In this document: positions 1 through 12,569 of the stretch, one piece after another
Layout: the number at the start of each line of letters is the position of its first letter
Position numbering within the stretch: position 1 is the stretch's first letter
DNA from: Octopus sinensis
Taxonomy: Eukaryota
Reading direction: 5' to 3'
DNA length: 64,000 bases
NCBI RefSeq assembly: GCF_006345805.1
Contig: NC_043018.1
Coordinates: forward strand, 25,668,001 to 25,732,000
Made by a program: the position numbers and the translations under genes
Notes under the pieces: model-generated
Database searches by the model: none
What the model saw: only the letters and a program-made list of their open reading frames with translations
What the model was told of the DNA's origin: nothing

Positions 1-51
1 ATAATAAGTAAACACACCAGCATCGGTTGTCAAACAATGCTAGGGGGACAA

Positions 52-90
<39 letters not shown>

Positions 91-262
91 CATATATACG
101 ACGGGCTTCTTTCAGTTTCCATCTACCAAATCCACTCACAAGGCTTTGGTCGGCCCGAGGCTATAGCAGAAGACACTTGCCCAAGATGCCACGCAGTGGG
201 ACTGAACCTGGAACTATGTGGTTGGTTAGCAAGCTACTTACTACACAGCCACTCCTGCACCT
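1..262 (-). mobile_element. tRNA-derived CORE-type SINE, family A (octopus OR-like), partial
   Basis: Reverse complement of the head GGAGTGGCTGTGTGGTAAG...GGTTCAGTCCCACTGCGTGG...CTTGGGCAAGTG, with a central CA/TA microsatellite; recurs more than 12 times in the window. Confidence 0.85.
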
Positions 263-414
263 GCACACAGCCACTCCATGTTTACTATGAACTTTTTACC
301 CCCTTAACTTAATTAGCGGTCATTCGAATAGCTCTTTTGTCTAAATAGCGGTCAATAACACAGTAATTTCCCTTTGTATAATGGTCATTTTTCATAGCGT
401 TTTTCCGATGGTCG

Positions 415-475
415 GATAACTGAAGAGATGGTGGTGTGGATTTCCACCTCAGCATCCGAAACTCAGAGTTTTATC
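415..475 (+). ncRNA. Minimal type I hammerhead ribozyme motif (Penelope-type)
   Basis: Stem I GATAA(415-419)/TTATC(471-475); core CTGAAGA 420-426; stem II GATG/CATC with inner GTGG/CCAC; GAAA 458-461; palindromic stem III ACTC-A-GAGT; GUU triplet. One extra C (457) at the base of stem II. Confidence 0.7.
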
Positions 476-1197
476 TTGGCTACCGAATAATTGTCACATA
501 TTATATTTACAGATATATATATATTTCTATATACAACTTATAAGTAAGGGCTAAAGAAAATTATTTCAAAGCCAGTATGCTGATAACAGACTATTAAATT
601 GTCAATTTCCACATATAATCTACTCGCTACAGCAAATTTTAACCGTAAAGGTATTTTAATATGCTGCCACATTTCTTGATGGACTTTTTTTCTGTAGAGA
701 AAAAAACTTCATCCTATATTAGTAGTATATTTCTATATACATATAATTGAGGTGTATTCTGTTAAGAATGTATTAAAGTACAAAATATATATATATATCA
801 TCAACATCATCATCATCATTATCATCAGTGTTTGCGTATTGGCATTTGTTGTTTTGCTGTTTGTATTTCTTGGAAGGTTATGCAGCTGTGGGTGATGAGG
901 TGGCTTTCATTCCCTTTTTTGTCACCACATCTTCAACAGGGTTCACACCTTCAAAGACACGCGAAATGTGACATGACATACGTGAGAGATAGGTGAAGGT
1001 TAGCAACAGGAAGAGCATTGTATCTGGCTGTAGAACAGCACTTCAGTGGTCTACGCGTGTAAGCCGTGCTAGCCAGGGAAACAGGATGGATTGATAGATG
1101 TGTTTACTCTGCTTTATGCGTACTAAGTTCTCCGTGACCTATTTGTAAAACAAAATGTACCAACATACTTATATATACATATACATACATACATACC

Positions 1198-1236
<39 letters not shown>

Positions 1237-1278
1237 TTATATATATATGTATATATATATGTGTGTGTATATATGTAC

Positions 1279-1313
<35 letters not shown>

Positions 1314-1380
1314 TATATATATATATGTACGTACAAATACATACCTACACACATATACATACGTACATACATACATATCT

Positions 1381-1440
1381 TAGGGTTTGAAGATATGCCA
1401 TAGTAGTATCCTCTATGGCGAGAAACCTGGGATAACCCTA
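1381..1440 (+). ncRNA. Decayed minimal hammerhead ribozyme motif
   Basis: Stem I TAGGGT/ACCCTA; core TTGAAGA (C3>U); stem II TGCCATAG/CTATGGCG; GAAA 1422-1425; stem III ACCTGGGAT; AUA triplet. Confidence 0.55.
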
Positions 1441-1728
1441 TAAACCGGTCTTCATCAGTAATAAATATATATATATGTATGTAGTGTACAGATATATATA
1501 TATATATATATACAAATATGTAGATATATGTATGTGTGCATTTGAGTGTGTATGCGGACATATACATGTATATGTAAGTGTGTGTAAATATGTAAAAATA
1601 TGTGTGCATATATAGATGTTTATATAATATTTGTATATGTGTGTACTTTTTTTTATATTTGCTTCTGTGTGTGTGTGTGTGTATGTATATAAGTATGTAT
1701 GTACATATATACATATATACATTTATAC

Positions 1729-1782
<54 letters not shown>

Positions 1783-2505
1783 GTATAAATGTATATATGC
1801 ATATATAGAAACACACATGTATAAATACATATTGTTTCAAAACAATGATAACATTAAAGATTATATTAATTTTTTAATAATAAAGATAAAAATAAAATAT
1901 TTTAAATAAAAATAGTGAAAAAAAAAATGTGTTGTTGTTGTTTCTTTCTGATGTGAATTGCTTTAGCTGTATTGAGGAGTCTTGAGGGTTCTGACCCTTG
2001 TGTCTTGTATATGTAGACATTGAGACAAATGATTCCTTGTTGGTATCTTTGCTCAGATACCAATATCTAAATATCAGTATTCTTTTCTAGTCTAGGCTCA
2101 AGGCCCGAAATTTTTGGAGAGTTGGTGGGGTTGGCAGTCGATCAGATCAACCCCAGTATACAACTGGTACTTAATTTATCGACCCCGAAACGATGAAAGG
2201 CAAAGTCGACCGTAGCAGAATTTGAACTCAAACATAAAGACAGTCAAAGTACCGCTAAGCATTTCCCTTTCTACTATAGGCACAAGGTGTGAAATTTGAG
2301 GGGAGGGAACTAATCAGTCACATTGGCCCCCAGTATTTCACTGGTACTTAATTTATCGACTCCCAAAAGGATGAAAGGCAAAGGCAACCACAGTGGAATT
2401 TAAACTCAGAACGTAGTAACAAACGAAATACTGCTAAAACTTTTCGCCTGGTGTGCCAATGATTCTGCCAGCTTTCTGCCTTAAAAATAATAATAATAAT
2501 GAATA

Positions 2506-2897
2506 GGCGCAGGAGTGGCTGTGTGGTAAGTAGCTTGCTTACCAACCACATGGTTCCGGGTTCAGTCCCACTGCGTGGCACCTTGGGCAAGTGTCTTCTA
2601 CTATAGCCTCGGGCCGACCAATGCCTTGTGAGTGGATTTGGTAGACGGAAACTGAAAGAAGCCTGTCGTATATATGTATATATATATGTATATGTGTGTG
2701 TGTGTTTGTCCCCCTAGCATTGCTTGACAACCGATGCTGGTGTGTTTATGTCCCCATTACTTAGCAGTTCGGCAAAAGAGACCGATAGAATAAGTACTGG
2801 GCTTACGAAAAAGAATAAGTCCCAGGGTCGAGTTGCTCGATTAAAGGTGGTGCTCCAGCATGGCCGCAGTCAAATGACTGAAACAAGTAAAAGAGTA
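2506..2897 (+). mobile_element. SINE family A, full length
   Basis: GGCGCAGGAGTGGCTGTGTGG head, B-box-like GGTTCAGTCC, CORE-like CCTTGGGCAAGTG, tail GAAACAAGTAAAAGAGT. Confidence 0.9.
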
Positions 2898-3139
2898 ATA
2901 AAAATAATAATATAAAAACCTATAACAATGGTTTCTAATAGTAACATTTGTGGTTGTTTTGTTTTCCTTTTGTTTTGTTTTCCTTTTGTTTTAGTAAGAG
3001 ATTTCAAGATGGTAACAAAGTGTTATTTTTGGCCCGGAGGAATAGGGAGAGGACGGAGGGCAGCTACGATTGTGGCTTCCGAGATAACTTGGAAGAGAAA
3101 AGATTTGGAAGGAAACAAGCAAAAACCAAACTTATTTCC

Positions 3140-3162
3140 ATCACCACCACCACCACCACCAT

Positions 3163-3194
<32 letters not shown>

Positions 3195-3953
3195 TCACTG
3201 CTACTACCACCACCACCACCACCACCACCACACCATTACTACAACTACTACTACTACCACCACTACTACTACCACCACCACCATCACTGCTACTACTACC
3301 ACCACCACCACCACACCATTACTACAACTACTACTACTACCACCACCACCATCACTGCTACTACTACCACCACCACCACCACACCATTACTACAACTACT
3401 ACTACTACCACCACCACCATCACTGCTACTACTACCACCACCACACCATTACTACAACTACTACTACTACCACCACCACCATCACTGCTACTACTACCAC
3501 CACCACCACCACACCATTACTACAACTACTACTACTACCACCACTACTACTACCACCACCACTGCTACTACTACCACCACCACCACCACACCATTACTAC
3601 ACTACTACTACTACCACCACTACTACTACTGCTGCCACCACCATCACTGCTACTACTACCACCACACCATTACTACAACTACTACTACTACCACCACTAC
3701 TACTACTGCCACCACCATCACTGCTACTACTACCACCACAACCACACCATTACTACTACTACTACTACCACCACCACCACATCTGGTGCTTCTACTACTA
3801 CTACCACCACCAATATCAACATCATTACCATTACTACTACAATCACTATGGCCCCTATCACCATCATTACTACTACTACTGCCACTTCCACCACCACCAC
3901 CACCATCATCATCACCATTGCTGTGACAACCAATATAGCCACCATCATTACTA

Positions 3954-3985
<32 letters not shown>

Positions 3986-3990
3986 TAATC
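3140..3990. repeat. Compound (ACC)/(ACT) triplet microsatellite with a ~60-bp higher-order unit
   Basis: Recurrent block ACCACCACACCATTACTACAACTACTACTACT...CATCACTGCTACT; explains the poly-T/H/Y/P/L ORFs. Confidence 0.9.
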
Positions 3991-4404
3991 TATTACTACT
4001 AACACTTATACTAGTGCTGAAAAAATACCACCATTTGTATCAGTTGAAATAAAACCCACTTTAACACACTAAAGAAGGGATGCACTTGATGCTAAAAATA
4101 GTAGCCGAGTGTCCCTCATATTCACATCCTATTGCCTTTAAAAGAAAACAGGACATATCAGATAATGTAATAATTTCTTCTAAAGTGCAAAAAAAAAAAA
4201 AGAAATTGTGATGGTCGTGGCTGGAATGTCTTAAATCATATGTCTGCTTGGACAAGGCAGACCTGGGGCTAAACAACAGCAATAACATATCTGCATTGAC
4301 ACTCCTAGTTTGTAAACTGTATAATCTTCCTGCCATGACCTCCACTACATATATAACAGGAATTGTAACCAAGGTCTTCCTCTCACATTTCGTTATAATT
4401 GGAA

Positions 4405-4781
4405 TCTACACCATCTTTTACTTGTTTCAGTCATTTGACTGCAGCCATGCTGGAGCACCGCCTTTAGTCGAGCGAATCGGCCCCCAAGACTTATTCTTTG
4501 TAAGCCTAGTACTTAGTCTACCGGTTTCTTTTGCCGAACTGCTAAGTTACGGGGACGTAAACACACCAGCATCAGTTGTCAAGCGATGTTGGGGGGACAA
4601 ACACATATATATACATATACGACAGGCTTCTTTCAGTTTCCGTCTACCAAATCCACTCACAAGGCTTTGGTTGGCCCAAGCTATAGTAGAAGACACTTGC
4701 CGAAGGTGCCACGCAGTGGGACTGAACCCGGAGCCATGTGGCTGGTAAGCAAGCTACTTACTACACAGCCACGCCTGCGCC
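4405..4781 (-). mobile_element. SINE family A
   Basis: Same head, body and tail as 2506-2897, reverse complemented. Confidence 0.9.
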
Positions 4782-5279
4782 TACGTAGAAAATTTCATTA
4801 AAATATGCATTTTTCCTGGAAGTTATGAGGAAACAAAGTCATTGGGGTGGCTACACATTTGGAGATACGTCGATATTTGTCTTTCAGCTCTTAAGTATTT
4901 ATATTCCGTGAGTGAATTCATCAAGGACCATGAAAAAAACAAAGAATAAAAAAGGCTTAAAAACGTTTCATCCAGATTTGAACTTGGAATATAAAGGAAA
5001 TAACTCCCTCCTTCCCCATGGAAAATTTGGTTGTACCCCTTGTCATTAGAAAAACATTCGACTGTGTCGGACATGTAAACTTCCTTAGCTAAATTGTCTC
5101 TCTACGGACTCAATATCTCTCTCGTATTAAGGTTTCATGTGAGGTCTTACTAGATACTAACAGTAGTCCTTTTTGAGCAACTCTGGAATGAGGTTTTGGG
5201 TTTTGTCACACTCATATACATCAATAATGTCCACAGCTGTAGGAGGGCGTCTTGGGAAACGTCCCAAGTATTTATATTC

Positions 5280-5437
5280 CGGAGTGGCTGTGTGGTAAAT
5301 AGCTTGCTAACCAAGCACATGGTTCCGGGTTCAGTCCCACTGCGTGGCATCTTGGGCAAGTGTCTTCTGCTATAGCCCCGGGCCGACCAAAGCCTTGTGA
5401 GTGGATTTGGTAGACGGAAACTGAAAGAAGCCTGTCG

Positions 5438-5470
<33 letters not shown>

Positions 5471-5668
5471 TTGTCCCCCCAACATCGCTTGACAACTGAT
5501 GCTGGTGTGTTTACGCCCCTGTCACTTAGCGGTTCGGCAAAAAGAGACCGATAGAATAAGTACTGTGCTTACAAAGAATAAGTCCCGGGGTCGATTTGCT
5601 CGACTAAAGGCGGTGCTCCAACATGGCCGCAGTCAAATGACTGAAACAAGTAAAAAAGTAAAGAGAGT
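5280..5668 (+). mobile_element. SINE family A
   Basis: Same head, body and tail as other copies. Confidence 0.9.
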
Positions 5669-6801
5669 GAGTGAATTCATAAAAAGAAACAAAACAAAAA
5701 AAACAAAAACTGAATATTATAGACCAGGGGAGACAACTCGAACGAAAAGGATTATCGGTATTTCGGCAGACCTACACATGCGTGGCTCCTTCGACTTCTT
5801 AATAACTTCCAGAAAAATGGGTACTTTTTTTTAATGAAATTTTCTATAAATATCTTTCAGACGGTGTAGATCCCGATTATATTAGAATTGCCGTCACCTC
5901 CAATAACATTAATTTGTGCATAGAAGCAACCTGTCTTCATTCTTCCCTCACTAAACGCCATCGACAGGTAAATCCACACAATCCATCGTCTAACGGTTCA
6001 AATTTAGGTACAAGACCCAGAAATTTTAGGGGTGCTCAATGGATACTCATTAAATCATCCCTGAAAGAACGAAAGGCTAAGTCGACCTTGACAGAACTTG
6101 AACTCAGAATATAAAGATGGGCGAACTGCTGCCAAGCAGTTTGTCCAGCCTGCTAACAAATGAATCGACCCCTGTACTTATTTTTTTAAAGCCTGGTATT
6201 TATTCTATCAGTCTCTTTTGCAGAACCGCTAAGTTATGGGGAGGCAAACACACCAGCATCAGTTGTCAAGCAGTGGTGGGGGAACATAGACACAAAAATA
6301 CACACATAGATAAATATATCATCATTATCATATACATGTATTATATATATATATATGCGTATATATATATATTATATATAATGAGGGTAGAAATTGATAT
6401 CAATTAACATCAATTTAAACCGGTGGGCTAGCATATTTAAAAAAATCCCAAGATTTAAAAATTATATTACTATTAAGAGGAATGACCACTTAAGTAAAAT
6501 AACTTAGTTATCATTAAGCTAGTGTTAGGAACATAAATTGTGACTAAGGTTTGGCAGAAGATTTTAATTCAGAACTTTCGAAAAACAAGACATTTGTATT
6601 AGAGTCAGAAGCAGTTTCAAGTGGGTTGGTATCAAAAGGGTTAAATGCTAAAGGATTAAGGTTTAATTATGAAATGGTGTAAAAATGCAAAAAAATAACA
6701 TTTCCTAGAAATTAAACTGAATGCAGTGTGACTGTGCGAAATGTGTGGCATTACCAATAAAAAACAAAAAGTATATTTTCTTTTCTTTTTTTTTTTTAAT
6801 A

Positions 6802-6807
6802 TTTATT
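6802..6807 (-). terminator. Candidate polyadenylation signal of TRMT112
   Basis: AATAAA on the minus strand about 50 nt after the stop codon. Confidence 0.5.
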
Positions 6808-6855
6808 CTGTGCATATTTACAAATGAAAAATATTTCTCTATCCCAGAGCATTAT

Positions 6856-6957
6856 TCACACCTCATCTTCATTTAATAACATATTGGGTATTCCGTTCTT
6901 GATAGTAAATTTTCTGCCAGTCTCAGGACAAATCAATTCTCCTTCTTCAATCTCAAT
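6856..6957 (-). CDS. TRMT112: TRMT112 exon 4 ([33 protein letters not shown])
   Basis: ttttacag acceptor, phase 0; conserved Trm112 C-terminal EG.L.CP..GR.F.I..GIPNMLL motif; TGA at 6856-6858. Confidence 0.97.
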   Translation of the reverse strand: MEIEEGELICPETGRKFTIKNGIPNMLLNEDEV

Positions 6958-7110
6958 CTGTAAAAGAAAGAATAAAGAAATTAAGAAATGGTGAAAGCTG
7001 CATTGGAGAATATAGATAGATAGAAAGTTATGATGCTAGGTGTTTCCATTATTTTGTCCAACCCCTGTACATACAATGGGCTTCTTTTAGTTTCTGTCTA
7101 CCAAAACCTC

Positions 7111-7412
7111 TCGAAAGAGCTGTTCTTCACTCCTGCTCCAGAGCGTTGGCTGCGGGGTCACTCTGAAAAGCTCTATCTGCGACGATTTCATCTCAATCGA
7201 AGGAGAGGGGCTTTCTCTGTCCGGGTTGCGGATCCGTGGAATAAGCTGCTGGACGAGATAGTGAAGATGCCGACGACCGCTCAGTTCAAAGTCTCCCTTG
7301 ACCACAAGTGGCCTGAACTCTTTACATGAACACCACCCTGTACATAACTCCATGTCCCCCTACATGGCCTTGCTTTTTGCTTTTTGAACCAAAAAATTAA
7401 CTAACTAACTAA
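7111..7412 (+). mobile_element. CR1-type LINE 3' fragment inserted into a SINE in TRMT112 intron 3
   Basis: Translates to LRGHSEKLYLRRFHLNRRRGAFSVRVADPWNKL (CR1 ORF2 C-terminus); (CTAA)n tail; SINE A sequence on both sides. Confidence 0.85.
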
Positions 7413-7756
7413 GGTCAGCCTGAGGCTATTGCATAAGAAAATTGCCCAAGGTGCTACACAGTGGGGACTGAACCCAGAACCATGTGGTTGCAAGGCAAGC
7501 TTCTTACCACACAGCCACATACTTGCATGGGTAGGACAGTTTATTGAGGCAGATTTTCTATGGCGATGCTGATGCCAACCACTTTCCCAAGTGTATGGGG
7601 TACTTTTTCTCATGGCAACGGCATTAGTAAGGTCACCAGGTAACTTGCAAGACAAAGAAAAAGTCCTGCGCTCCAGCATGGCCTAAGGAACTTGCCCATA
7701 TGCAGGGCTGAGTCATGCTGGTTGGCGAGTATCTGTATAAAAAAACCATACATTAC

Positions 7757-7849
7757 CTCCATTAGAGCGTGATGGACTTTCTTCAAAAATTCATCATTGC
7801 TTTCAAAGTCTTCAACAAGAGTCTGAGGAATACAATCTGGATGACCAAC
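7757..7849 (-). CDS. TRMT112: TRMT112 exon 3 (VGHPDCIPQTLVEDFESNDEFLKKVHHALME)
   Basis: cacag acceptor, gtaatg donor, 93 nt phase 0; conserved EFLK..HH.L.E motif. Confidence 0.96.
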
Positions 7850-8261
7850 CTGTGAATTAGAAACGAGGTTAAAAATAATTTCTTACACAAGGACTAAATG
7901 TAGAAATGTATTTGGTGGTGGGGATATTGATTTAAATCAATCTCAGAATTTGATTGGTTTTATCATCATCATCATCATCATCGTTTAGTGTCCGCTTTCC
8001 ATGCTAGCATGGGTTGGACAGTTCAACTGGGGTCTGGGAAGCCAGGAGGCTGCACCAGGCCCAGTCTGATCTGGTAATGTTTCTATGGCTGGATGCCCTT
8101 CCTAACGCCAACCACTCCATGAGTGTAGTGGGTGCTTTTCACATGCCACCGGCACAGGTGCCAGACGAGGCTGGCAAACGGCCACGATTGGATGGTGCTT
8201 TTTACGTGCCACTGGCACGGAGGCCAGTTTATCCCTGGAGGAATGGAAGCAGAAATGATTT

Positions 8262-8405
8262 GAATGGAAAACCTAAAAGGCCACAATTGCACATATTTGT
8301 GTATGGAGGGAACCTGTGGAAGGGTTAGACTCAAGATGTGGGATGAAGTGGTGAGAAAAGATCTTCAGATGCTGGGGTTCAATGAGAAGATAAAAGACCA
8401 AGACT
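8262..8405 (+). mobile_element. RTE-like LINE 3' fragment
   Basis: Degenerate EGTCGR...WDEVVRKDLQMLG-type C-terminal reading. Confidence 0.55.
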
Positions 8406-10092
8406 TGTCACAACTTCCCAGATGAAAATCCTCCTAAATTGTTTCTGAAATATCAGATGATTTGGATATTAATAATTTGCTTAGGGATTATGAATGATGG
8501 GAAAATTCAGAATGAGGATTTAATAAAAAAGAGAGATCAGAGGGACAAGATTCATAAGGGATGAAAGTATAAAGTTGTTGAGTTATGAACCCATTTACAG
8601 CTGAGTGGACTGGGGTAATGTTCTCCATCTAGCTGATCAATGACACTTGAAAACAGTCATGGCTCAGGTAACACCTGACGGCAGGTGTAAAAGTGGGATA
8701 GTCTGAAGATCCTTTGGTAGAAGACATCTCAGGATGGCCTGAAGACAGGCAACATTACATGAAATGGATGTGCAAGAGTAGGGGTTGATTGAAACTGGTG
8801 AAGAAGGTAGTCCCTAAATGTGTTGAGCAGCACAAGAAGACCTAAAGCTAAAAAGGGCTCAGAAACACAATGCACTGCCCAGCCTGGGAATTGAAACCAT
8901 GATTTGTAGTTGTGAGTGCAACAGCATAACCACTAGGCCATGTCTTCACCACAAAAGGTTAGTTACTAAAAATAACGTAGTATGCATATAAGTGCAAGGC
9001 TCAGTGGTTCAAACATAGGACTCACAATCATGAGGTAGTGAGTTCACTTCCTGGACTGGGCTGTGTGTTGTGTTCTTGAGCAAGGCACTTTATTTCACGT
9101 TGCTCTGTTTCACGTAGCTGTAGAAATGAGTTGTGATGTCTCAGGTGCCAAGCCGTATCGGCCTCTTTGCCTTTCCCTTGGGTAACATCAGTGGTGTGTA
9201 GAGGGGAGGATGGTATGCATGGGCGACTGCTGGTCTTCCATAAACAACCTTGCCAGACTTGTGCCTGGGAGAGGAACTTTCTAGGTGCAATCCCATGGTC
9301 AGTCATGACCGAAGGGGGTTTTTACCCTATGTGGGGGACTACTGGTCTTCCATAAAAACAATCTTGTCAGGACTTGTACCTCAGAGGGTAACTTTCTAGA
9401 TGCAATCTAGAAAGTTGTGTGGAGAGGAGAGGCTGGTGTGCATAGGTGACTGCTGGTCTTCCCTAAAACAACCTTGCATGGACATGTGCTTCGGAGGGCA
9501 AATTTCTAGGTGCAATCCCTTGGTCATTCATGTCCAAAGGGAATCTTTTACTTTTTTTTTTTTTACCTTTACCTATGTAGGATGAAGTATTGAAAGCTGA
9601 TAATGATGAACCTTATGAAGGAGATGATGGAGGACCAAGATAAGTGGTGCATTGCAGTACTCTAGAAGACCTGCCCACCACTACAGAATTGAGATCCTAA
9701 ACCAAAGTGCCACATAAAAAGCATAGGTGTTTGTGTTACATAAAAAGCACCCAGCATACTCTGTGGAGTGGTTGGCATTAGGAAGGGCATCCAACTGTAG
9801 AAACAAAGCCGAAACAGACTATGGAACCAGTCAAGCTGTCCAACTCATGCCAGCATGGAAAACAGACATTAAATGTTGACTGTGGTGGTGGTGATGATGA
9901 TGATGTATCTTTCTGCTTAGCAGTTCAGCAAAAGAGACTGATAGATTAATTACCAGACTTGAAGAATAAAAAGGGTATTGGGGTTGATTTGAGTGCCATA
10001 ATGTGGCAAAAGTCTTATGACTGAACCAACTGCAGATACACACACAGAAATGCTGTGCTTACAATAACAAAAGAGAAAAATGTAATACTAAC

Positions 10093-10194
10093 ATCAGTAA
10101 CGGCTGAATACAGAGCAGACCAATCGACTTTGGAAATCATTCGACAAATGAATTCTTTGTTGAATTCTGCTTCTTTGATTTCTAACTTCTTTGC
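10093..10194 (-). CDS. TRMT112: TRMT112 exon 2 (AKKLEIKEAEFNKEFICRMISKVDWSALYSAVTD)
   Basis: tttcag acceptor, gttagt donor, 102 nt phase 0; conserved EFN.EF..RM..KVDW.AL motif. Confidence 0.97.
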
Positions 10195-10929
10195 CTGAAA
10201 GAATACAGAACAGAACCAAGAATGAATCATAGAAAGCATTATTGAGAAAATGTTTTAATCTTCTAGCATTTAAACTGGGCCAAAATATTTCACCTGTTTT
10301 ATGTTCAAAGCTTTTGGATTTCATATTTAATATTTATTTTCTAAAGCCAAGTACTTATTCTATCAGTCCCTTTTAGCTGAATAGCAAAGTTATTAGGACG
10401 TAAACACACCAACACCGGTTGTCAAACGGTAGTGGACACACACACACATATATATACACGACAGGCTTCTTTCAGTCTACTAATAAGGTTTTTGTCGGCC
10501 AGAGGCTATAGTAGAAGACACTTGCCCAAGGTGCCACGCAGTGGGACTGAACCTGGAACCATGTAGTTAGGAAGCAAGTTTCTTACCACACGGCTAGTAT
10601 ATTCCTCTCCGGGAAATCTATAACCGTTCAGTAGATAGTACAATATTTGCTGGTTACAAATAAAACCGTAAAATATAATACTATTGAAAAGGTTGCAAGA
10701 GGCAACGAAAATAAGAAAAAAGTGGAAATTTTGCCGGTGAGTGTGTTAAATTATAAGGCACAAAAAGAAAATGACTCTCCCTAGACACAACAACAGAATA
10801 ATAATACGACTTATATTTGAAAATAACGGGCGATTACAAAATGTTAAACTATTGTGCCAAGATACCTTTCTTCTATTTGAGAATCTGTTTTGTTTTCACA
10901 AGTTACTTAACCTTCATTAATTCGACTAT

Positions 10930-11337
10930 ACTCTTTACTCTTTTACTTGTTTCAGTCATTTGACTGTGGTCATGCTGGAGCACCGCCTTTAATCGAGCAA
11001 CTCGACCCCGGGACTTATTCTTTTGTAAGCCAAGTACTTATTTTATCGGTCTCTTTTGCCGAACCGCTAAGTAACGGGGACATAAACACACCAGCATCGG
11101 TTGTCAAGCAATGCTAGGGGGACAAATGCAGACACACAAACACACACACGCATATATATATATATACATATATACGACGGGCTTCTTTCAGTTTCCGTCT
11201 ACCAAATCCACTCACAAGGCATTGGTCGGCCCGAGGCTATAGTAGAAGACACTTGCCCAAGATGCCACGCAGTGGGACTGAACCCGGAACCATGTGGTTG
11301 GCAAACAAGCTACTTACCACACAGCCACTCCTGAGCC
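10930..11337 (-). mobile_element. SINE family A in TRMT112 intron 1
   Basis: Full-length match to other copies. Confidence 0.9.
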
Positions 11338-11479
11338 TACGTTTAATATATTACGTCACTTTCGTTTTATACTGAAAATCAAGGAAGTACTCATTCGACA
11401 TATCACCAGAGTTACTGACTGACAAACATGAAAGTTTTTTTTGTCTTTTATAAAGCCATGCCTATTCCACATTTTTTTA

Positions 11480-11810
11480 GGAGAGGGTAGCCACAACAAG
11501 AAACACATTAGGCATTCCATTCATTTCCCAACTCAAAGAGGCGAGCCCTGTTCTATGCTCGGGTCAAGGCATAGAAAGGCAACCCCTAATACAAAGCAGC
11601 GGGGCCCGACAGCATAGGTTGGTTTGCCCCCGCTGCATCATGCCGGTTCCGTATCCCTTTGAGCAACATCAGATTCACTCATCCATCCACAAACACTCTC
11701 CAAGCTTTCCTATCATTTATAAACTCTCTTGCCTCTCTCACCCCAACATCGCTAACCACCAAAGCTTTTCTCACTCCATCCATCCATTCATCCACACAAA
11801 CCGAGGTGGA
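11480..11810 (-). mobile_element. RTE-clade LINE 3' end with structured 3' UTR
   Basis: PRFVWM-DGVRKALVVSDVGVREAREFINDRKAWRVFVDG* (stop at 11679-11681), followed by GC-rich hairpins. Confidence 0.7.
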
Positions 11811-11889
11811 TTTCTAAATTCGAAAGATCACCGCAATGTTAACAAAATAATATAACTAGTACTATATTACGAGAGGTGTGCTAAAAACG

Positions 11890-12191
11890 GTAGTACTACT
11901 TAAGAAGAGTGATCCCGGTGCGCGCACTCAAGTACTTGCGCATCCGAGCTAGCTAGTCGTGACTAGTCGATCCTACAACGACTACCTAGCAAAGTAAATA
12001 AAACACAAAATAAATAATTTTTTTTACACAAAGTAAATAATATTTTAAACAAAACAAAAACACAAAGTAAATAATTTTATAAAGAAAGTAAATAAAACAC
12101 AAAAACACAAAGTAAGGATCGACTATTCACGACTAGCTAGCGCGGATGCGAGAGTACGCGCACCGGGACCACTCTTCTTGAGTAGTACTGC
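11890..12191. mobile_element. Foldback MITE with ~80-bp terminal inverted repeats
   Basis: Left GTAGTACTACTTAAGAAGAGTGATCCCGGTGCGCG...GTCGATCCT mirrors the right arm; interior has ACACAAAGTAAATAA repeats; TA target duplication possible. Confidence 0.85.
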
Positions 12192-12569
12192 TAAATCTTC
12201 TTAAGTACAACAGCTAAATCGCCCTTAAACCACACAAATGTTTTTGCATAATCGTATGAATTCCCGTGTGTAGAACACAAATTCACAAAATTTTTCTGAA
12301 AATTCTCCACCCCACAAAATAAAGGAATAAAAGTTATGAAGGGCTATACAGGGTGCTTAAACCATAATTGCCTAAATATTTATTTATTATTATTAAGATG
12401 GTAGGATATGCTTTTGTAGAAAACTTCCACGTTCGGCACGAAGTGTTCAAAACAAAATACGAGCACGTGTTTAAAACGATAAAGACACGACGAGTCTTTG
12501 AGCGGCGGATTACGGGCAATCTGCAACCCGACGGACTTTCTGAATGGCACACCAACGAAAAAAATTACA

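Noticed and set aside
2928-3988. 332- and 346-aa ORFs
   Set aside because: Poly-T/H/Y/P/L translations of triplet microsatellite; no splice signals or domain
11591-11641. Functional SECIS element
   Set aside because: 3' half of the GA quartet is missing (UUUG); kept only as a low-interest structure
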